DNA of 64,000 nucleotides, taken from positions 5,456,001 through 5,520,000 of the forward strand of contig CP075497.1 of the NCBI GenBank assembly GCA_021613535.1. Direction: 5' to 3'. Position numbers and translations under genes: made by a program. How positions within the stretch are numbered: position 1 is the stretch's first letter; each line of letters opens with the position of its first letter. Below, one piece after another: positions 54,793 through 64,000 of this stretch. This stretch comes from Adineta vaga. Taxonomy: Eukaryota; Animalia; Rotifera. The notes under the pieces are model-generated. The model made no database searches. It was not told the DNA's origin and saw nothing but the letters and a program-made list of their open reading frames with translations.

Positions 54793-55660
54793 CGTACATA
54801 TCCATTGATGTTTACATCTAGAAAAGGCACAGAAGAGAAATAATGTGGTGCATGCGATAAGCAATAAACAGTGTTTTTCCGTGCGATACTAATATATATA
54901 TGTTCTCGATATGAATGCTAGCAAGAGAAAGTATTTCCATTGACTCAATACGAGAATCAATCGTATCAAAGAAAACTATTATGAATAACAAAGTTGGAAT
55001 AAAAAACTGTTGTAGTATATCGGATCTTATTTTTATAATATACTCAGAATATCAATGAAAATGACCTTTCTTCTTCTTCTCTCAGTCGTTATAGGAATAC
55101 CAATGGTATTCATTGGAAACCAAGGAGCATTAGAAGGAAAAGGAAAGGAAAGATATAAATGTGTATGCCTGTTTTTCTCAATGCACGATGACGGAAAGCT
55201 AGTTTGTTTATTTTTGATCGATAATATTAGACAAAAAAAAGGGCAATGACCTCGAGTATATGACATTATTATGTACAATGATTTGTCAGTTGATTGTTCT
55301 TATAATTAATACACAATACAGATGTTCGAAAAAGAAAATGTATCGTTCTATATCAAGCAAAAATACCGTTTCTCTGATTGATTGATTAGATCTCATTCAG
55401 TTGTTTGGTCTTATACCAACGTAGAATAGATGTTTTGATGATTTATGAAAGATATCAAAACGTGCTTTAAATATCATTAGTGGTTGCATAGATAAAATGA
55501 GTCGAGACTTTATACACAATCATCAAAGTTATGAAAATCTAAATTTCAGAAGAAAATGATGATCGTTAAGAATTTTTATTCCACTAGAATGAAAGTAATA
55601 TATTTAACTATCGACAAGAAAAAGTATGCGTTCGTAATAATTTATTCTGGTTGTTTATGT

Positions 55661-56144
55661 TCATGAATCTTTTTTTGGAGAGACGGCAATATGTATATTT
55701 GTTTTTGGATGTTTATCGGTTAAAACGGGTACAAATCGTTCAGAACTGTAGATGATTTCATTTGATTTATCTAATATATCACATCTTATACCATAGCAAA
55801 GATTTTCATCAATTTCACCATCATTATAATAAAGGGTAAATGGAATTGGAAAACATGTAAAATCATCTAATTTCATATTTGAAATCACATATCGAAGTGG
55901 AATATGAGGAAAATCCATACGAGCCCAGTGTAAATTTGTTATATCACAAAGAGTAATCATAATAACATCATCATTAGCTAACATAGAGCGTTTAATTGAA
56001 CAATCAATAACACCACAAAGTGTTCGTCGAACCATTTCACTTGAACTTCGAAAAAGTGTCGATGATTCTAATCATACAAACATTTGTGAGAAAAATAAAT
56101 GAATGAATGAACAATTGAATATCTAACATACTTTGTTTGTTCAT
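55661..56144 (-). CDS. YbaY/YscW-like (bacterial pilotin-type) domain protein without signal peptide
   Basis: LCGVI...DVIMITLCD...FPIPFTLYYNDGEIDENLCYGIRCDI...IIYSSERFVPVLT follows the YbaY pattern. The first exon MNKQ is joined by a GT-AG intron (~56068-56131). Confidence 0.65.
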
Positions 56145-57047
56145 TTTAAACTATAATATTCTTTGATTCGTCGTCAATACGAAGAAATTGATAGAATGAA
56201 AGTTTTAATAATTTAATCTAACACTATATATGAGAAACTTCGACACGACAAGAATCACAAACATTCAACGTTCTCAACGAGATCGTTTTCTATTTCCAAA
56301 TGTTTCTATGTGTGAAAGAAACAAAGAAATGTCAACAGATTTTTCTCTCCATTCTAGAAGGATTTTAACTTCATTAAAATATCAAAGTTGAAAAAATATG
56401 TTAAATATATAGACAGGAAATGACATTCTCCTGTTGCTTTCTCTTGACTAGAATTGAAGGACAATGATTTTCTTTACTTTGAAATAAATACACTCAAACA
56501 ACTCTATTTCATTTTAAAACATTTATATAATATTCATTTCTTAGAGAAAGCAAAAAAAAAGTACCGAAGAGAAACGAACAGATATACCTTCTATCATGAT
56601 ATTGCACAAACATTAACGTCGGCGATTGCTTTTGATTCTTGAGCAAAATTAATTTGACAAAGACATTATCTTTGCTAATTTTTCCTATTGAATTACCTTC
56701 TAAATTGCTCATTAGAGAGTATGTAGTCAATAGGAATTGAATGGTTTTGAATAGTAACAAACCAATGTTTTTTTTCTGTTCTAAGATACATAATCTAATA
56801 TAAATTTACAAAGTTTAATTTACTTCTAAGTTCATGATTTTTGATGCCGATCATATGAAACAACAATAACGCCTCCTCCTCCTCTCCTCTTTCAATTATA
56901 TTTGATACAATTAACTCTAGTAAATATCATTTTATTCTAATTATGCTATGTAAAATAGCTACAAATACTACAATGCATCTATTTCATTCAAATAAAATGT
57001 CATACAAAAAAAGGACGGATTAGTGTACTGAATAATAATCTGAAGTA

Positions 57048-57940
57048 TTAAGATAAAGTTTGACCAGTTAATTCTAGATCACGTTTATAAAGTTTTTCAG
57101 CAATGAGATTTAAATAAGATGTTGCTAGTCGCATATTAGAATAGACATTGGAAAATAGATAAACAGGAATATTATATTTTGCTTGAAACTCTTTCGCGTC
57201 ACTTTCAGTCAATACAGCAAATTGATCAAATCTAAATAGATCGAATGGAAATCATGTTTGCAAGAAGATAATATCTCACTTAGTAATAAATACTAAACTA
57301 ATAAATGGACGAGTCGTACTACATTGTTTACGTTTTTCTTCAATTAATGTAGGTAATTCATTGAAACTTTCTCGATCAGCAGCTGATACCACGAATATAA
57401 TCATATCAAGAGAATCAATTGAATCCTAAAATGAAAAGTAATTGTCTATACAAAATGTCTAATAATATAATAGCATACATCATCAATATAATCAAATCTT
57501 GTTGAACTTGTATAACCCACATCCCAAAAATCAAGACGAAACATAAATAAAGGTTTATTAGGTTGATTAACTCTTATAGGCCAATAGATATTCGTCGTTT
57601 GAATGCCAAGTGTTGGTTGAGTATTTATGGATGAAAATTCTTTACCCATCAAAGCTCGTATTAAACTTGTTTTACCTGCACCTAGTTTTCCAAGAAGAAG
57701 AATTTTATAACGATATTGTTTCACAACTAAACCAGCGGAAAGTGCTGGACTAAATAACAATGCTAAATAAAGAATAATTAGAATTCAAATGAAAAAATTT
57801 TGATTATTCTTACAGAAATCTCTTAATTGATTCTCTGTTCGATCTTTAATTGCTTTTAAATATTCTGTTGCTTGATCACTATGAATCCATTGATGATCCA
57901 AAAGAGTATTGGATTGATTATCAGTTATTAATGTTGTCAT
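57048..57940 (-). CDS. CPLANE2: Ciliogenesis and planar polarity effector 2 (RSG1 small GTPase)
   Basis: WIHSDQATEYL; YKILLLGKLGAGKTSL; TLGIQTTNIYWP; MFRLDFWDVG. Confidence 0.88.
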
Positions 57941-57966
57941 TTTCTATCTAAAATAAACGCTATTTT

Positions 57967-60246
57967 TTATTCATGTTTTCTGTTTTGTTTCTTATTCCAT
58001 CTTCCACTGAATTTTACAGTTGATTCAACAGCTGTTAATTCATCTTCTTGATGAGCTTCGATCGTATGCAATCGAATCCAACAATATATAATAAAAATAG
58101 AACAATAAATCGAAATCAATAACAAAGGTAAAAATGGTAAAAGACGATCGATATGTAATACTGAATGTAAACATTCAACATAAAGACAAAGTGGAATTAA
58201 TAGAATAATTGAAAATGTTTCTAATCGATTAAGCAATGGAAGACAGAATTTTGAACCACGATCACTAGATATTACAAATATAAATTAAATTTTTAGATTG
58301 AATAAATATGGGAACATACCCATGTATTTCACCGAGTGTATAAAAAAGAAATGTTGTATAGGCGACAAAAAGTCCAATTTTAATCGGTATTTCTATATAA
58401 AATACGAATCAATTAAGAAAATGCAAATAAATAATGATTACCAGGTCCAGTGAATATCAATGGAAAGAGTGAAAATCCACCAAATGTTGAAAGTAGAAGA
58501 AAATAATGAGCATGTTCTCGACTGTCAAATGCTAATAAACTAAACAACAACGTAGATTATTTGATTTGATCATTGAGAAGAAGATTACCTAAGTGGTATG
58601 ATGGATAATAAAATAGCTTTTTCATGAACATGCCATCCGAAAAGAAATGAAGTTAATGCACAAAGAATAATTGTTTCTAGAAATGTTCGTTTTGAACAAC
58701 GACGAAATAATCGAATTAGACTTGGCTATACAAAAGAAAGTGAATAAAATATCAATTAAGAAAAACAAATCAATCCTTACAATCATAAAGACTAATGTTA
58801 AGATAAATGTCATTGTTGGTGTAATTGAAGGTAATACTTGATGTTCAATATCTTGTACAAGACCAGAAGTCATCGATACTGATACAGAACGAACATGAAA
58901 TAGATGCGTATATCGTCCTACAAAACATATTCATATTAATTTCTACTAATAAACATTGTTTTTTCATGTTCATTTACCAGTTATAGCTAATACTTTATCG
59001 AAAACATTGTATAATGCCCATACATTAGGTGCCCAATATGCATGACAAAGACCACGTTTGAATGGAAATAACCGTGCAAGTACTTGTGGTAATTGATTCT
59101 ATTGTGAAAAATAAACAAAAAACAAATCATAAAACAAGAACGAATAGAATACCATTAAAACAAATGGACCAAAAGATAATACGAATGGAAGAAGTGTTGC
59201 TATTCCCAAAGTAATTAAATTGATTAAAAAACGTTTCCAATTTGAACCTAAATGAATATGTAATATTTAGATTCAATGAAAGAGACTTACTTTGTTTAAT
59301 ACAAAAGCCATAAAATAAATAAACAATATATGCTGGAGCAATGTAAAGAAAAATATGTTTGAAATTCAGTAATGTTGAAAACCATATTGCACTCATTAGA
59401 TATTCATTCTAGACTTTGAATTGATTATAAGAATTCGTTTGCAATGAAACTTACTCGATACATACAACTGATGGATAGTAAGAGAATACCAAATAGAAAG
59501 CCATTGTATTGAAAATGCATGTCTAGATAGAAATTAAGTTAAGGAATATGAACAAAGAGAAAGCAAAATAAAATTGATTATTTGATAGAAAAGGATACGA
59601 TCAACGATAAGTAAACCAAAATTAACCAATAAACTTAAAGCAAATATTAATTGAATAATTGGCATTGGAATATCATGATTTTTTCTACCGATTTGCATCG
59701 TTTTTAACAATCTATTTTTCATCGAAAACAAATCAATTCAAATAGATATTCGATAAAGAAAAAGTATTATTTACGAATAAATGGCTAATGCTAAAACAAT
59801 TTCACTACCAATAACAGTTAATCGTTGAAATAATTTTGTTTTTTCACTTGCATAATTTAGATTATCAATATTAAGCATAGCTGGATCAAAATATGGTGCA
59901 AGTTTTGATAAACCATACTCAAAATGAGCAAAAAATGGTGGATAATCCAATGTCCATTCCGATCGATTCTATATAAAAGAAGAAAAAAGGCCTAACAATT
60001 GATATCATTCGAATTCTTAATATTACTTCATAATACCATTGTTTCAATGGTAGACTATTCGTTAAAGCAAGCCAATTACGATGTACTTCAAAATCTGTTG
60101 AATGACTAGAAAAATACGTGATATTAAACATATATTTCTATAAATAGAGATACATACTAGCATGGTAAAAGTGATAGTTTAATAATAGCACCAATTGTAA
60201 AACTCAATGCAACGACAATTCCTTTATAATAATTTTTTATACTCAT
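57967..60246 (-). CDS. ALG8: Dolichyl pyrophosphate Glc1Man9GlcNAc2 alpha-1,3-glucosyltransferase
   Basis: [79 protein letters not shown]. Confidence 0.96.
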
Positions 60247-60313
60247 CTATAAGAGAAAATATTCGATCTATGCTTTTGTTATATTCGTATTTAATAAATA
60301 AATATATAAATAG

Positions 60314-61694
60314 TTAAAATAGATCTTTAGTATTAACAAAAAAGTCTTCGAATATATTGGCAATCATATTTGGTGTTAATTTAAATGAATCGATACTTGA
60401 TGTTGATGTTACAGCTGATTGATTATGAATATTTGTTCGATTTTCATTTTGTTTCAATAAAGAATATGTATTACGTTTTAAATTTGTTCCACTTGAAAAT
60501 TGATGTGATGATATACCTTCTTTTTGAGATGATACTCTTTCTAAGACTTTTGAATTTGTAATTCGTAACGATTCATTTCGTTCTATTACTGATTCATTCA
60601 TCGGTACTTGATCTTCTTTTATTCCTTGTCGATATAATTCTTGACTGTTAGTTTCCGTTGAAACATTTGGTAGTTGACGTAAATAATTTGATTCAGCTTC
60701 AATTGTAAATGCAATACGTATAAGACGATTTAATATATTATTTAATTCACTAATTGCATTTGCAGCAATAGGTATGAGAATGATTGAATTAGCAATAGAT
60801 GCTTGTCCATTGGATGATAAAACTGATTTCGTCGCATCACGAATATATTGAATAAATTCACGATATTTTGTAATAATCTTAAAGGAAATGTTTTTATTGA
60901 TAACCGTAGATGAATATGACATACCATACGAAAACTAATAGCTATTTCAACATAATCACTTAGATCATCTTTCGATATAGAAGAAATAGATTTTTTATTG
61001 ACTTTTATTTGTTTTGTTGGTAATTTTGCCTAAAATAGATAATGTTGATCTTGATTTTATTTATTCGAACAAATAACTTACACTTTCATCAACGTTTGTT
61101 TTTGATTTTTCTTTTTTCTTTTTCTTCTTTTTCGTTTGAAAATCACCACCATTGTCTTTAACTAAACGCATTAATAATTGTACTTTTCTATTTAATTGTT
61201 CGACTCGAACATTCGTCGAAGCAACAAGTAAAAGCGTTGTATTTGTTCCACGTGAACGTGATACACGTAATAACATCAAATTCGCCTTAAAACAAACATT
61301 CATTCTTTATCATTGATTTTCGTTTATGAAAATTACTTTTGTTCGTTTACATGATTGTAAAATACGATCAAGATAAAGATTAAGATCATATTTTAATGTT
61401 GTTGTAACCGTACAAGGTTTGACAGGAACATTTACCATACCGAATTCAGTTTTTTGTGCATCAGATGCATCTTTAAGTTGCATAGCAAGATTAACACGTC
61501 GATTTCGATCATTAAAGTGTGATTGTAAACGTATTGTATCGAAGACATTGATTGAGAAATCAATAAGATCTTCAGTTGCAGTTAATAAATCTATTCAAAA
61601 ATCAAATGATTCGATTTCAATAAATTCATAGAAATAACCTGATAAAACAAAATCCGCGGTGGGATCGCTTAAAGACGTTCTACGATCACACATG
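60314..61694 (-). CDS. Hypothetical protein (multi-exon)
   Basis: Exons MCDRRTSLSDPTADFVLS | DLLTATEDLIDFSINVFD...RILQS | ANLMLLRVSRSRG...KTNVDES | final 202-aa ORF, with GT-AG introns. No family recognised. Confidence 0.6.
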
Positions 61695-61893
61695 AAACTA
61701 AAGTCGATTCGTCATTAGTATTTTCTTAGTTTTGTATTATAGAAAAGAAGAAATCAAATAGAAAAAATTGGACTATATTAGATGAATTATTAACTTAAGA
61801 CTTTTCGCGCTTCTACCTTTCGATTTATTTCTTCTTTTCGTTTCTAAAAACATCATTTTGGATTCCTTATAGTCAACTAACATAATTGAACTA

Positions 61894-63779
61894 ATGGATA
61901 CATTGAAAACTAATGACAATTCAATAAAAGTAACAAGATTTAATTATTTGAATTTTCCATATCCTCATCATTCAAAACCACACTGTCCGAAATGTGGACG
62001 TCGTACTCGAAATCATAATAATAATCTAATCCAACATTCTTCTCATTATGATAATGGACTTGTGCAATCGAATCATAATCATAATCATATTCGGAAAGAT
62101 AGCAAAATAAATGTACTAATTGATCAATTGATTCAAGTACAACAAGTTGATAATTTTCAATGTAATCATATGTCTACCGAATAGAACCATCAAGGACGAG
62201 AAAACCCTCCAATACACTCAATCAATTATATCAAGTTCAACAAATGATTCATCTCAAACAAAACCTTAATAAGTGATATCTATAAGACGGTGAATGTTGG
62301 TGAGAAATTCGTTTGTTTTAGTCTATCCTATCGAGAATATTATTTTCCACGTGAATACATCATACTAAAACGACTGGAAGAAAAAAACAATTTTATCAAT
62401 CAAAATCGTTGTAATGTTGATCATCAACTTCGTTCGTTTCAACTTCAATATCAAACGATGAGGTTTGTTTTATTTTCTCACTTGTATACTTTTTAAAATT
62501 TTCTCTTTCTTCAATAGCATTTTACTTCAAACTACAACAATCACATCATTTATCTATTCTAAACTGGATTCATATCATCAAAGACCAATAGTCAATAAAT
62601 TAAATCAGTCTTTATCAAGGAATGAACGATCTGTTTCTACAACTGCAGAAAGAAATTTGATAAAATCACCAGAAATTCTAACAAGTACTGAGCCTTCAGT
62701 TTCATTAACTCTTCTAACATCTTCAAATGAATTAAAACAGCAGCAGCTGCAGCAACAACAATATTCTCAAAATGCGACTGAATCATACATTAGTAGTGAT
62801 TATCCAACAAATTCTTACTATGACACCGCAGTTATTGTCGATGTCAGAAAATGTTCACGAATGTCGACATCAAAAACGAATCTAATATATCCACCAATAA
62901 TACAAAACAATGGCAATATCCCTGACTCTGACACTTTTCAACAAGCATTATCTTCAGTCTATCCTTCTACAAATCAACCAATTTATTACGATCAACATCC
63001 ACAAACAATATTTCTTTCATGGCCATATAATTTAAGTCATACTCCTCATCAACAAATATCTACAAATTTTCATTACTGTAATCCTGTGATAGTAGATTTC
63101 AAAATCAAACACACGTTTGTTCTACTTAGAATTACAATGAATCAGTTTTAAATATCTCACAAGAAACTACACGATTTTCTCGTTCAACTAATTTTTCCGT
63201 TTCTGTTCATCAGTTTACTGAAAGTCAAAAATTATTATCTTATACCGATGGTGAACAACCTCAGATATTTCTACTGTTCATATGATTAGTGAAGAGAATA
63301 ATCGATCAACAAAATATACGCAAACAATGAATAAAATCAAAGAAATATTAACTATTATTCAAAAGAATTTCTTAAATAAATCAATACACAAAACTTCACT
63401 CGAACGAGAATTAAAATCCATTTCAGCTGATTCTTTAATATCGAATACGAATATACAAACAACTTATTCTGTATCTTCGACTTTATCACTTTTAAACCAG
63501 GATATGTTCCCTCTAGTATCTAGTAAATCAATTGTTAATGAGGAAAATAATATATTACAAAATGAATTAGACTCTCTCAATAGTAATCACTATTTAATTC
63601 AGAAAAATCTTGTAAATAATCGGAATACAAATCAACAATCAAGTGATGATGAAAATGATTCAAAAACATCTTTCAAGTGTATTAGTTTACAATCCCGAAT
63701 AGTAATACTATTCTTAATCATAAAAAGCTTCTTTATAATCTTACATATCTATGTAGTATTCATCTCATCAAACATCTAA
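61894..63779 (+). CDS. Hypothetical low-complexity protein(s), possible C-terminal TM; structure uncertain
   Basis: Successive plus-strand ORFs 61894-62184, 62465-63151 and 63282-63779, with a CPKC motif early. Divergent from the 61694 gene across ~200 nt. Confidence 0.45.
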
Positions 63780-64000
63780 ACAATACATGTCTCCTTCATT
63801 TATGTTTATCTTACAAATCCTACTTTTCACCTGCATTATAAATCACATTTTAATATATTATCTGTTTGGTAAGATACCAAATGAAACTTTGACCTATAGG
63901 TCTACCACTCACAATTTGTTACTCCGATTTCATCACCATCATACATTAGTAAAACAGAAGAAACAGTGATACATAATAATTATAAAATACTATCTAAAGT

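Noticed and set aside
56413-56435. Small imperfect hairpin acaggaaatgacattctcctgt
   Set aside because: Too short and isolated to support an ncRNA or terminator call.

Overview
This is AT-rich, gene-dense eukaryotic (animal) DNA with very short (~45-65 nt) GT-AG introns. It is not prokaryotic, so most ORF-track entries are exon fragments or antisense shadows. Composition, intron size and the mix of metazoan and bacterial-type genes suggest a bdelloid rotifer (inference). About 26 genes are supportable: RALGAPB, two tandem ZFYVE1/DFCP1 paralogs, SLAIN-like, OCIAD/asrij, a neuropeptide precursor missed by the ORF track, a CARD/coiled-coil protein, PLOD, parvin, REC114, uridine-cytidine kinase, AP-1/2 beta adaptin, a WAP + antistasin membrane protein, a bacterial-type PfkB kinase, an RPxSA-repeat protein, a possible VIPAS39, kinesin light chain, a YbaY-like protein, CPLANE2/RSG1, ALG8 and several unknowns. 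Five observations stand out. (1) Repeated operon-like junctions: same-strand genes 26-86 nt apart stop-to-start, with a poly(A) signal followed by an unpaired splice acceptor at or near the next ATG, as expected for SL-trans-spliced polycistronic units. (2) An ~810-nt gene-conversion tract confined to the nucleotide-binding domain of the ZFYVE1 pair. (3) An intact REC114 meiotic DSB gene. (4) An RFNAWAamide prohormone. (5) Two candidate horizontally acquired genes. Gene boundaries and family assignments were made by eye and from recalled family motifs; no database search was run.
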